This document shows, in pieces, positions 24,599-37,300 of a DNA stretch of 64,000 nt. Location of the stretch: assembly GCA_020536535.1 (NCBI GenBank), contig JAHLWZ010000526.1, positions 96,843 to 160,842 on the forward strand, read 5' to 3'. Source of the DNA: Pelomyxa schiedti (lineage: Eukaryota > Protista > Evosea). The position numbers were made by a program, and so were the translations under genes. The notes under the pieces were generated by a model that saw nothing but the letters and a program-made list of their open reading frames with translations, had not been told where the DNA came from and did no database searches. Within the stretch, counting starts at the first letter, position 1; each line of letters starts with the position of its first letter.

Positions 24599-25506
24599 TC
24601 AGAAGAAAGCCTTGGTGGAGGAGGATTTGGGGTGTCAAAGGTGTTGAAATGTGAAGCCAATGTCATATTTTGGGACAATGGTGACTGTGGATGTGTGTTA
24701 GACCTCGAAACCATCATGCCACAACTTCTTATGCACTACCACATACACAACAGTTTGCCCACAATCAAACAGGTTTTTTGTAATCAATTTAGGAGAATGA
24801 TACAATCTGGTCTGGGTGCCGGAAAATTGTACTTTTTTTTGGGTTTCCTCAGTCCCAGTGCCTCCTTTTTCACTGGGAACCAAGGGAAACACTGCTCACA
24901 GCTCTGTACTACCTTCTCCCCCTGGTTCGACACGATTTTGACACCATCCGGACCAGATCCAGAATTTTCTTGTGTTTTTTGGGTAGAGTTGGTTTGACCC
25001 CCAAAAATGGTGTTTACCACTGGACCCGACTGCAGAAACCCGTATCCCAACTTTTCATGCAAGTGGCATATCTGGAGCCCAGGGGCGGTCATTTTACATA
25101 GAGGAAAAACCACATGATGTAATTTAGGGCGGTGACAAGTGACGACGAAGTGGTTTGCCGAACAATCAGTCTCCACATAGGTGGTTGTGGCCCTTCTGCT
25201 CCAGTGCGTTCTCTGGATGGTGCACTCTACACCCTCACAGAGAGTGAGGAAAGGCAGGCTTTTTCTGAGATGAATGCAAACATGTTTGTGCAGCTGACAT
25301 GTGGCCCCAATTCCGTGCTGACCTAGAAAGGGCCATCAACCTGCAGAGTGCACCCGTATCCTCAGACGGCTCTCGCCATTGATTATTTCCAAGTTTTTTA
25401 TGTGAGGGCACTTTCGGTGCTTTGTTTTTTGCACGTTTCCGAAAAGGAACAGCACGGCAACCTTGAGGCGTCCACGATTTTGTAACAAATTTCGACACCG
25501 GGGGTA

Positions 25507-28500
25507 ATGCTCGTCAGCGAGTACGGGGAGGGAATAGAAGGCTCTGTTGGCAGCAAAGCCTCCCGGCTCTTGCGTCTTAGGACTGCACTGTCCCAAGTTG
25601 GTGCGACTGTGCCGCCGCTGGCGTGCGTGCCAGCGTCCGCGTACGACAGGCACGTAGCGTTCGTGGTGGCGCGCACGCGGCGGGACGGAGCGGGGGAGGG
25701 CGCCGTCTCACAGTCACGGTGCGAGGCCCGCTCCGGCGATGGGGCCGGTGCCGCCGAGGGCGACGAGGAGGCCACGTGCGAGCGCGTGCGTTGTGCCATG
25801 ATGGGACCCGGATCCCTGGAATCCGAGACTACCGAGAGGCTGAGAGGCGAAGTGAAGGCGTTCCTGGAATCAGAACGGCTTATGGGAACCGACGGGGGCG
25901 TTGCACTTGCGGTGAGATCGTCTTGTTTAGTGGAAGACTCGGCCACTTGCTCTTGTGCTGGTACTTTTTTCCCCCATAATTTATTCCTTTTGCATAAAAA
26001 TAAGTCGATTAATTACATTAAGACTTTCCTATTGTTTTACACCTGTGTATTCCCACTGGGGGATGAATAGGAATGTTTGAAACAATTTTGAATGTAAGAG
26101 GGACTGATCAAGTGATGGAGGCAATAAAAGCTGTGTGGGCTTCGGCGTGGTCTCCACAGGTACCCCTAAATTTAAGAGGAAAGCCTCACACAAGAATGGC
26201 TGTGATCCTTCAGGTAAATATACCGCATTCTACCAGTGTTTTTGACTGGTGAATCAGGCACATGTAACCAGTGAAATCAGTGGTGTTGCTTTTACTTGTG
26301 ATCCTGTATATGGTGACACCAGCGTTGTGGTGGTCGATGCAGTTCCTGGTCATGGTCATGGAATTGTGTCTGGTGAGGTCACACCAGATCATTTTGTAAT
26401 TTCGAAGTCACAAAGACGTGTTGTGAGCTGGGCTATCGGTACACGAACTGGTGCATACTTCCCTGACCAAGTTGGTCTTTTGTGGAAAACAATTCCTCCA
26501 ACAACCCTGCCAGTTCTATCTGAAGAACAAGCTGTGATAGTGGCCAATGCGTCTCTCAGGGTGGAGGAACTTTTTGCAAGCATCCCGCAGGACATCGAAT
26601 TCTCATTCAACGCGGATGGGAAATTATACCTTCTTCAAGCAAGACCCGTTACTTCGTGCCACAGACTCATGTCATGGGAACCTCCTTTGTCTGGCGTGAA
26701 GTACTTACTGGAGACAAATTTCTTCAATAAACCGCTGGCTGAGTTATTTGCAACTGTAATGAGTGATGCTGTCACTCACGCCGCCACTGAGGCATATGAT
26801 GTTTATGGTGCTTCTGAGCACTGGCAGATGCACTTATTCAATAACTTTTTCTATTTATTCGTTGAGAAATCAAAATTTTCATGGGAAGAGCGTTTACCCC
26901 TGCAAGAAGCTGCCATTGCCTCCAAAAAGTGGCTGATCCAATTCCAAGAGTGGAACAAGATTTTGAAGCCCCAACTTATTGAGAGGCACATCAAACTCCA
27001 ATCACAAAATGTTTCCAAACTCACAAATGCTGAGTTGGCCGAACATTTGCGGGAGTGTGCCTACCACTATTCCAATTCAAGCTCAACTCATAGTAAGAAT
27101 GGACGTGCACCTGAAATACTCATGGGATTCATGTTCCTTCTACTGAAGGAAATATGCAGTGACTCAGATTCTCCTCAGTAACTTTTCTTTTTTTTTGTTT
27201 TCAACAAAAAATCATTTTTTGAAAGGAAAGTCGTGACAGTCATTGAAAACAGAATGCTTCGAGCTGGTCACAGTCCAAATATCAGATTCCCAGAACTTCA
27301 GTTATTATATGCTGCTTTCCAGGCCTCACCTGAAGCAACTTTTCGACTTAAGAGTTCACAAGATCCTGTTGTTATTGATGAACTTGCAGGAGGGTCGTAT
27401 CCTCACACACACATTCCGCAGGACTGCAGTTGTGTGCAGGTGCGTCATGCAATGCAGAGGTTCTTATCACATCACAGCTTCCTGTTGCTCGGCCCGTTGG
27501 GGCATGATGCTTGTTGCCTTGGAGATTTGAAGGAGAGTATGCTTGCCATTGTCAAAAGTTCTTTAGATAGGCCTGTGATGCTTGGGCAGGATATACATGA
27601 TGTGAAGGTACCTCTTGTGCTCAATCGGCTTTCTTAGACCTATGACAACAGCTGTCGGATTTTGAGGAAGACCCCATCTACATCTCACTTTTGGAGTCTA
27701 TCCAACCCAAAGATAGGGAGCGATTCCAACAGATGTTGGTTGAAGCTGGGGCAGTTCACACCATGCGAAATGAAAGAAACTTATATTGTGAAGCCTGGGC
27801 TGGTGGTATATTGAAAGCAGTAATTCTTGAAGCTGCAGGGAGACTTCACAAAACTGGTGGACTGGCATCAATTGAACATGCTTTTCATGCCAGAGTGGAT
27901 GAACTGGCCTCTGCTTTGACAAATGGTGAGAGTGCCATGAGGCACCTTTTTGAGAGTTCTTCTCAAAGATATGCTCTTCATCACGAACTTACACTTGCGG
28001 ATGCTCCCCCTTCCATTTTCTGGAAAGCTTCATCCTTCGAGGAAGAATCAAATGGCAAAAACAATCTGGGTCCAGTGGATAAAGCAATGCTTGCATATGT
28101 GGATGCAAGAGGCAGAGGGAAGTTCATCCCAAAGCAAATCCGTAAGGAAGAAGGGGAGGCGATCGTGTTACTTTCAGGCATTCCAGCCAGTCCCGGCTGT
28201 GCTATTGGTACTGCTTGCCACCTCCCAACACCATCAAGCATCCCGTGTCTTCTTCCTGGTGACATTGCCGTCATTGTAGACGCTTCCCCAGCATTCAGTG
28301 CCGCGTTGACTTTGTGTTCTGCAGCTCTTTCCGAGCAAGGTGGGCAGCTGTGCCATATGGCGATCTCTGCAAGGGAGGTTGCTACTCCTTTCTTCGAGTT
28401 AGATTCCCGATCATTAACCTCTTTAAGTTAAGAATTCCTGCTGTTGTTGGACTTGGAAAAGGTTTATCATGGCTCCACGGACACCAAGTCAGCGTTGATG

Positions 28501-29504
28501 GGGCAGCTGGCACAGTAAGAGTGCTGACAAATGAATGGCATCCTCCCTCTACCTCCAGTGCTGTGTGGCATCGCCTTCCCGTGTGTCAGTTCCCCCTGTT
28601 TGACATATCTTGGCACATAATCAACGGCACTCTCGAGCATACAAATGACTTAAGTCAGATCAAGAGAACTGGGATGTACTTAAAGGTGGCCAATGTCAAC
28701 AGAGTGCCGTACATTACATTTGAGACAAGCCTAACAGACGAGATGGCCGTGATACCAGATTTCGCTTCTATCAATCTCACGAACGTAGTGCTTCAACACC
28801 AATACCTTCTTCAGATGGAATCAACCATCACGATCTCGGATGGAGGTATAGGAACCCTTGCGGAACACATTCTTGCGTGCCATAAGAATGCCCTGTCTTG
28901 CTTCTCCCTTTTCTGGGAGTGTGGTGTGATTGCAGCTTCGCTTCTTGGGTCCTACCTTGAGAACGGCGGAGACCTTCTTGAAACAGTTAAGCAGCATACC
29001 TCCGCAATTTCCGCAGCAAAGTGCACAGAAATTCTTGCTCAATCGGATGATGTGGAGCGGTGCTGCTTGTCCCTGCAAGAAGCGTGCCGCCTCCCACCTG
29101 GAATCCTTCCAGAACCGCAAAATTCCACCCTTCAAAGGCTAATTTACTGCGGATTTATCACCACCGGCCCGGCGTGGAGTATACTCAGCCGCTCCCTGAT
29201 CAAAGCCGGACAAGCCCTCGGCATAGAACCACCGCAACAGGTTCTGGATGCTCCATCCCTAGAATGCATAATTGACGCCCTGCAAGCTCACCAACATTCA
29301 CACCAACCAAGCACCCCACAGCTCAACAAACTCAAAGTAGAGTGCACTCGTGGGGCACGGCAAAGGACCGCACTATCTCACAACAACCCACCGGCAAAAC
29401 TCACCAATCCCACCTCGGCTAACATAACACCATCTCCACCAGAAACAAGTCAAAAAGCACCAGTTATGTGCTGGGCCTTGGCTATTGGCTTGGGCTTGTG
29501 CTGA
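25507..29504 (+). CDS. PEP-utilising enzyme with rifampicin-phosphotransferase/PigC-type architecture (ATP-grasp, substrate domain, His-swivel) plus an extra C-terminal domain
   Basis: VGSKA, LAVRSSCLVEDS..SCAGMFETILNV, SGVAFTCDP, GIVSGEVTPD, PQDIEF, LLQARPVT, LSGIPASPG, EQGGQLCHMAISARELRIPAVVG, VSVDGAAGTV. About 6 GT-AG introns. Confidence 0.88.
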
Positions 29505-29698
29505 GGCCGCAATTTCATCTGCTAGCAACTGCGTTTTAGAAAACCGATGCTATTGTTCTTTCGTTACGTAAAAAAGAAAAAGAAAAGAAAAGAAAAGAAA
29601 AAAAGAAAAGAACCAAACAACAAACACGAGGTGCCGGCGGCCATTTCCAACAAAAAAAGCCCGCACAGATCGCGAAAAAGGGGAGATCCACATCATAA

Positions 29699-31662
29699 AT
29701 GAGCCAACAACAGGCGACACAGCAGCAGCAACCGCAACCGCCACCCCCTCCTACGCAGTACGTCACGTGGACAAACTCACACACACCGCCGCCCCCCGGA
29801 TCTACGATGTCTCAGTCGCCTATGGTAGCGGCGCAGCAGCCCACGATGATCAAGCAGATCGGCGTGCCGGTTCCCCCGCAGCAGGCGCAGCAGATTCAAC
29901 AGCAGCAATCGCAGCAGCAACAGCAGCTGCAACTTCAGCAGCAGCAACAGCAGCAGCAGTCGACGCAGCAACAGCAACAGCAACCACCTCCGCAGACGGT
30001 TAATATTTCGGCGGCGGGCGTGATGCAGGCGCAGGGAGGTGGCGTGGGAATGCCGGGGGTTGTTGTGCAGCACCCGGTGCACGTGCAACCTGGGGCGAAT
30101 CCCCCTCAGTCTGGTCAGTCGACTATGCCCAACGTGAACGTGGTGGCAAACTCACAGCCGCCGCCTCAACAGCAGCACCCGCAGCACATGCAGCAACAGC
30201 CCCAACATATACAGCCACCACAGCACATCCCACAACAAACGCAACTCATGCCGCAACAACCGCAGCATATACAGCAACCACAGCACATACAGCAGCAGGC
30301 CCACCAGCACCTGCAGCATCAGCCTCCACCACAGCACCCGCACAACCAGGCCCAAATGCAACCACACCAGCATCAATTTATGGCAATGCCTCCACAGACA
30401 ATAGGACCGCCTCCAATCACGCATTCCCAGCAACAACTTGTCCAGGGGACGTTACAGGCTATGCAGGCCATGCAGCAACCTCTGGCCCTTCAGCCCAGTA
30501 TGTCACAAGTCGTGCCTCCACCTCCTCCCACCCAACAGCCACAGAATACAATGATGAGTGCCAGCCCCCTCCAGATTCCAACACCACACTACGTAAAGAA
30601 TTCTGTTCAGTTTCACAATGCCACACCAAAGAAGGGGAAGAAACCCGGATCTGCAAGCTATACCAAGCCAAGCCTTGATTGTGCGTACTTTGCATTTTAG
30701 ATTCTCATTAAATTTGGTGTTCATGAATATACTAGAAGCACTATTGTGCAGTTAACACCAACATTGAAATACAGTGTTGATTTCATTAGTTCAAAGAAGA
30801 AAGCCACGAGGGCCTGAGGAATGGACATATTTGGCTGAGGAATACAACGCTTGGACCATAACGCAAACAAAAGAGAAACCCAGAACCGGAGCTGCTCTTT
30901 CAATGAAGTGAGTTCCTTTTTTTTTATGTTCTCTGTGTTATGTTAACACACGTTTTTATGGTGTCCACCTGTAAATGTCAATAATCTACCGTCTTTTCTA
31001 GATTCCTCATTCTGATTTAGATTTAAAAAACTTGCCTCACCTTCAAGTGCATCTCCCTTACAAATGGTGGCCAGACAGGCAGAGGCCAGTATATATCAGG
31101 ATGGTGATGAGTATGACTCGTCCGATGATTCCGACAAGGTAATAAGTCCACCTGTTATTCAACCAAGCTGATGTCCGACCAATAGGAAGGACCTGATACA
31201 GGAGAGCACCACACCCATGCTTCAGGACATCCACTGAAACCCGAGCACGCACAGACAACTGAAGGTGGCGTTCCTATCAGTCAGGAAGATGGGTCCACCA
31301 CACAACCAACAAAGCCTCCGGCCAAAAAACCAAGACTCTCTGCAGCAAAGTGCGATTCTACAGTGAGTTATGTTGTACAGTTGCACAATCAAATTGAGAA
31401 GGCGCGAAAAACCCAGAAAGACCTTAACAAGAAGAAGCTGAAGGAGAAAAAGGCCAAGTGGAAAGAAAATGAAGACATCACAAAGGCCAAGATACAACTA
31501 GACCATGATAAGCTGGAATTCGAAAAGGAGAAGCTTGAATTTGAGAGGGAGGAATTCAAAGTATCCAAAGGCTGCCCTCCACATAAGTACACAAAAGTTC
31601 CTGATCTGACTCCTGTTGTGTTGTTTTGTGAAAAGTGTGGGCAATCCAAAAATCTGGAATAA
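29699..31662 (+). CDS. Q/P/H-rich protein with a Myb/SANT-like (DUF6818-like) domain, coiled coil and C-terminal Cys/His knuckle; putative transcription factor
   Basis: Introns 30681-30774, 30908-31020 and 31139-31185 give KPGSASYTKPSLDLLISLVQRRKPRGPEEWTYLAEEYNAW...PRTGAALSMKFKKL, then PAKKPRL (NLS-like) and CPPHKY...FCEKCG. Confidence 0.75.
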
Positions 31663-31796
31663 TACTTTACACAACTAAAAATATGTATTTTTTTCTTCTT
31701 GTTCCTATTCAATAACATGTTCTCAATCTCTGAGCACGTGCCAATCAAGGAAAAACAATCAAAGTTCCTCAACAACGCAACAACAACCCGTAAAAA

Positions 31797-31997
31797 ATGC
31801 GACTAGGTTGGAGTGTTGTTAGATGCTTCTGGATTGTTCTAGCCGGGGTTTTAATTATCGGCGAGGGTGTTGAGGGAGCAACTGTGGAGGTGCGGTTGTG
31901 TTCGAGTGGAAATCCATGCATCTCAGTCCCTGGGTGGGCGAAATATTTGACCGTCAGTGTTTGGGGTATGGAGCCAAAAAAAAAACCTAGGAAGTGA
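31797..31997 (+). other. Signal-peptide-bearing first exon with no in-frame continuation (gene fragment)
   Basis: MRLGWSVVRCFWIVLAGVLIIGEGVEG|ATVEV... followed by a GTATGG donor. All nearby acceptors meet stop codons. Confidence 0.4.
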
Positions 31998-32015
31998 CTT
32001 GAACATATTCATGAC

Positions 32016-34255
32016 ATGATATTACTTACCTTCAACACTCCCACACTTTTTGGGGATATGATACTAATTGGCGCTACATCAGCACCTCTGCCCCCTTCTT
32101 CGAATGAGACAACAGGTTTTTCGACTTGGGAATGCTTACATTTTTAACATTACACAGATTTTAGTGATTTGTATGTGTCTCTTGACCAGTTTGATCCTGT
32201 GGAGAAGATGGATTGGGAATCTATCAAAGTCCTCACCACCATTACTGCTGGTGGTGATCCAGCAAGTGCTGACATCCAGCTCAGTGATATTGACTCATTT
32301 GATAAGTCCCGGCAGCACCGCATATCCTCTTATATAGAACAACTGGGTAGTTCTGAGGACGCTCCTACATCAATGCCCTTGGAACCTTTTGTGTTTGAAA
32401 TAGAACTGAAGTCATTTGAGTCTATTGGTGTCTCTAGAGTGTATTTTGGATTGATACTGCTTGCTATCACCTATCTCCTACTGGCCTTTGAAGTAATCAA
32501 CAGAGTTCTGATTTGCATCATCGCGGATGCTGTTGTTATCATTTTTATGGCTCTTTGCGGTGATACTCCTAGTGTAATCTCAATGGCGGGATTTGTTGAC
32601 AAAGACACTTTGATGATTCTATTTGGAATGATGATTATCGTAGGTAACTTTGGGAAAACAGGTTTTTTTGGATTTCTTGCTATAAAGTGTGCACTTTACC
32701 TTCTATAGTTCTAGTTCTAAGAGGTATGAAGGTGCTATCAAATGAGTAAGGGTCACTTGTGGCTGTTGGCTTTGATTATTTGCACAACAACAGCTTGTGT
32801 TAGTACTGTACTACCGAATGTCACAACAATTCTTTTAATGGCTCCAGTCAGTCTTAGTATTTGTAACACCGTTCAGGTAAAATTTACACTTATAATGTGG
32901 TAAAGTAACAGGGAAAAGGTGTCACCAGTGCCTTTATTGATGGCATCCGCAATGTTCAGCAATATCGGCGGAACAGCAACACTCATTGGAGACCCTCCAA
33001 ACATCCTCATTGGGAGTATGTTGGGTCTGACTTTTGCTGACTTTGTCATAAACATGCTTCCTGGAATTATAATATGTTTAGCGACCAGCACTCTGTATGT
33101 TCCTTCATTCTCTTTGCTGTTTTTCTCATTGATTAGATACATTCAATATGTTAACCATAAGATCTGGATGCGACCTAGAAAGGATGTCGATATCGCGTAT
33201 TTGCTGTCAGTGTTTCGTATACACGACTGGCCTCTTTTCATCAAAGTCATTATCACCTTGGGTGGCGCTCTGTGTCTATTTCTTATTTCCAGTTTCTTGG
33301 GAATATCCCCAGGATATATTGCAATGTTTGGTGCACTTCTACTTGTTCTGCTGACCACACCACAATCGGCCATGGGAGATCACTTTCGTGAAGTAGAGTG
33401 GGAGACACTCCTTTTTTACATGGCACTCTTTTCTCTTATTGGTTGCATTGAAGAACTTGGCGTGATACGTTGGCTTGGAAACATAGTATCAGACCTTATC
33501 GACCTAAGCCCTGAAGAGTGGCGCTTGACCATGTCAGTTATTGTTTTGATCTGGTTCAGTGGGCTCGTATCCAGTGTCATCGATAACACCATCTATGCAC
33601 GAATGATGATTCCCGGTAATTTCTCACAACATGTGATTAGAGCACAAGCCAATAACCCCCCTTAGTGATCCGAATTGTGGCCAAGAACTTGGACCTTCCA
33701 ATTGGCACTCTTGGCTGGGCACTTTCCTTTGGCTGCTGTCTCGGCGGAAATTCCACGCTTATCGGATCCAGTGCGAATGTAATCGCGGCAGCAATAGCCA
33801 AGCAGGCACATTTCCGCATGTCATTTCTGCAGTTCAGCAGAATCGGCGCACCCTTGACCGTCGTTACTCTGGCAACAAGCACAGCCTACGTAGTGGCCAG
33901 ATACGAGCCCGATGTGAGCGTCAAAGGCACGATCGTCGGAATCGTACTGGGGCTTGGAATTCTGACCTGCGCAATTGTTGCGATTTGGGAGGCATTCGAG
34001 TGGCACAGAAGCAAGAACAACAGAGCTCAGGAGACCAAGAGGATGATCCCAATGGTTTCACTCAAGAGCAAACCAACTGCTGCTACTGATTCTGCTGTGG
34101 CGGGTGACATCTGCGCAGCAGAGAAGGACAAGATCACGGAGATGGATGATGAGGCGGGAGAATTCCTGTCTGTGGAAACTGATGAGGTTTTGGTTCTGGA
34201 ATCGGTGTTTGATGTACAAGTAGTGGAACTACCGCCCAATGTAAACACAAATTGA
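32016..34255 (+). CDS. P-protein (OCA2)/ArsB-NhaD family anion permease; 5' end uncertain
   Basis: DTLMILFGMMIIV, PNVTTILLMAPV, SNIGGTATLIGDPPNILIG, VEWETLLF, SSVIDN, LGGNSTLIGSSANVI. Confidence 0.9.
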
Positions 34256-34314
34256 AAAAAAAAGTTTTAATTTCTTTGTACAAAAGCTCGATTTCGAGTA
34301 GTTTAGCCCCCTTG

Positions 34315-37300
34315 TTAAAAGGAGGTTAATTGGAGAACTGTTTTCAGCTTGTTGTGCAGTGCTCCTATGTGTTGTGCAATAACTTCTTTGTCCAATGTTT
34401 GTGGTGTTGTTAGTAATGTTGTTTGTTTATCCTGTGGTGTGGGTTGAGAAGTTTGTGCTGATTCTGATTGTGATGCGGATGGAGATATAGACGCAGATAA
34501 TGCGGAAGGTGTTTCTGTTTCTGATGCGAATGCTGATGCTGGTGCTGATGACGACGCGGATGCCGATGATGATTCGGGTGCTGATGGGGGTGAGTTGTGT
34601 GAGGGACTACAGTAAGTGCCGATGAGGGAATCGAGAAGACAAACCATGCGGGAAATGTAGTACTGGGACAAGGAGATGAAGTGTGCAACTTTGCTTTCGT
34701 CTTTCAAAGCAAACATATCTCCGGCAGGACTTGCAGCACCACTGCCGGTTGTTGTATTGGAGGGTTTGCTTGGAGGTGTTGGCAAATCGGAAACTGTGAC
34801 TTGGTGCTCGTGGCAGAAATGGGTTGTTTCCTTTTAGTTTGCCGTTTAGTTGAAATGAAAATTGAGTGTGAAGTGTTACCTTGACTAATTTGACGATAGG
34901 CCGTATTCCCACTATTAAGTTGTGGAGTGTGGCTGTATCAACGTTTTCTTTTCTGTTTAACTTTGTAAGGTAGTTTGCGAGGTGACACATTATTTCTCGG
35001 ATTTCCTCAGACAAGACAAGAACTGGAAAAAAGAGTTTAATGCGAGATGGGTTAGAACGAAGGTGTAAATTATTCTTGCACCTTCTAGCTCTCCTGTTGA
35101 TAACTTCGATTCATAAGCAAGCTCTTCTGCACCATAGTTCCAGTCCTGAACAAACGTGATTGTTACCATTAAGGTTGGTTTTTTACCTTCTTGATCACTT
35201 GCAGTACTTTCTTAAAGTTATTCAGTTGTTGGGTGTCAGTCGCACAGGTGACTTGGTGATTGAAATAACAAAGGGCCACATTTGTTGTTATGATATTTGC
35301 ATTCATGTTGATGCACATTTTTGGGATATCCATTGGTGTTTCAGACTGTGTTGGTGGTGTAGTGAAGGTGCGCTGTTTGATTGTGAGTAATGGACTCGAG
35401 GAGTTAAGGTATGTATTAGAGAAATAGAATGATTGGTAATCTTCTTCCAGTTTAGCCTTTTCAATAGAGGACACAACAACCTTTGGGTATCATTAAACGA
35501 TGGAACTAAGGCACAAAGAACTCACTTGACAGTTGCTGTAAATAATTTCGGCAATTTGAATGAACAAATTGGCAGTTGCGACCTTGTTAGCAGAATCAAC
35601 AATATTCAACATTGATCGGGAAAGGACAGCTAAGAGAGTTGTCATATTGATGAACTCTTGCTTGCCAAGATCCATGATCTTTGGGGTATTGCTTTGGACT
35701 GAGCTTAAACTGTCAAGTTCAACAGTGTCAGAAGAGGTGTCTGATGAATTCCCGCAAGCTTCACTTGAAGAACTGCATGTATTTCCAACATTTGGATTAT
35801 TTATGGGTCCATTCGATCTTGGGCTTGGTGATGGGGAAAGATTACTTGAAGAAGAAGACCCAATTCCAACACTTCCAGAAATTCCCCCTCGTGGGCTGGC
35901 TTGGGGTGAGCCAGAATTGGAAGCTAAGCCAAAACCTCCAAAACCAAGGAACCCCACCAAGATCCCAGCACCTCCTAATGCTGCACCAGTGGAAATATCA
36001 CATTTATCAGGCATGCTGTTCCTCTTGGGGGGATTTGTGTTTACTATGGGTAAACTTGAACTTAGTGGATTGCTTTGTCTTGGAGAAGCTGCAGATTGAG
36101 CCGAATTTAGTGTGGAAGAAGAGGTGGCATTGACATTCACTAGAAATGAAGCTTTTTCTGCTTCGATTTCTTCTTCTTTGTTTTCGCACATGGAACTGCG
36201 GCGAGGTTTCATTTTCCCTCCTAAGAATGAAAGTCTTCGAGGTCTCTTGGAAGCAGGGTTAGATGTCATTGCCATTGCTGTGGTTATTGCTGCCAGAGTC
36301 ACAGAGCTCGAGTTTGTGCTCGCAGTTGTATTGGATACAGGGGGGATACTCGCTACAGTGGGATGTCGCATGACATTGGGATTAGGACTTCCTACTGGAG
36401 ATGGAGTGCTTTTATGATCGGAGTCATCTTCAGGAGCACCACTATCATCATCCTTTACAGTAAATAGTTGACTATTTAATAAATTTGAGTGAAGACAGGC
36501 TTACTTGGGTGTCATCATCGTAATTGCCAGAAATATCACTGATGTTGTACTCAACGGAGGCTGTGAGCGCTTCTGGGGTATGCTGGACCAAGCTAAGCAA
36601 AAATGTCGTTTCAAGTTCCGTGAATCTCAGCATACTTGTGTCAGTGTGAGGACAGTGGAGAATACATGGTGAAAAAACCATTGCTAAAGTTGTTAGGTAC
36701 GAATATAATTGTGTTGGTACCAAGATTATCAGCTGCCATCTTGGTTTGTGGTGCATAAGTGGAAAGGTGCTGCATGAATCGCACAAGGAACATAAGCACT
36801 TCCTTGTGTACTGCAGGAAGCCTTGAAAAAACGAGCTTGTCAACGTTATTACAATCAAGTGACTGTATAAAATCTTCCTTGATAAAAGACTCACTGTAAA
36901 AAAGAAAAAATATTAGAAATGAAGAAATCAAGGGAAAAATGAAGGGGGACAGGCCACTAACTAAACGTCATTCGGGATGACAGGTATGGGGAGTTCACGA
37001 ATAAACTGTTTGAGAAGGGCACATAAATTGTGAACATTCTCCGTCCTTTTGGAAAAGTTGCCGTTATCAAAGCACTCTTGAAGATCATCAATATCACTTT
37101 TATTTCCTGGAACTCTGGGTTGCTCGGATCAGGAACAATTAGAGTGGCTATGAAATTCTACCGAAAAATCCCTTCAATATTGGTAGCTTTTCCAACAACG
37201 TTAGCTTACACATGGTAGAAGGGATAAATACCCCCACTGCCGAGTATTGCTTCACGCATGAATATTAGAAACACTGGTATAGTCAAGTTTGGTACAGTGT

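Noticed and set aside
30653-30700. Possible GC-AG intron in the Q-rich gene
   Set aside because: The canonical intron 30681-30774 gives a far better Myb-like reading.
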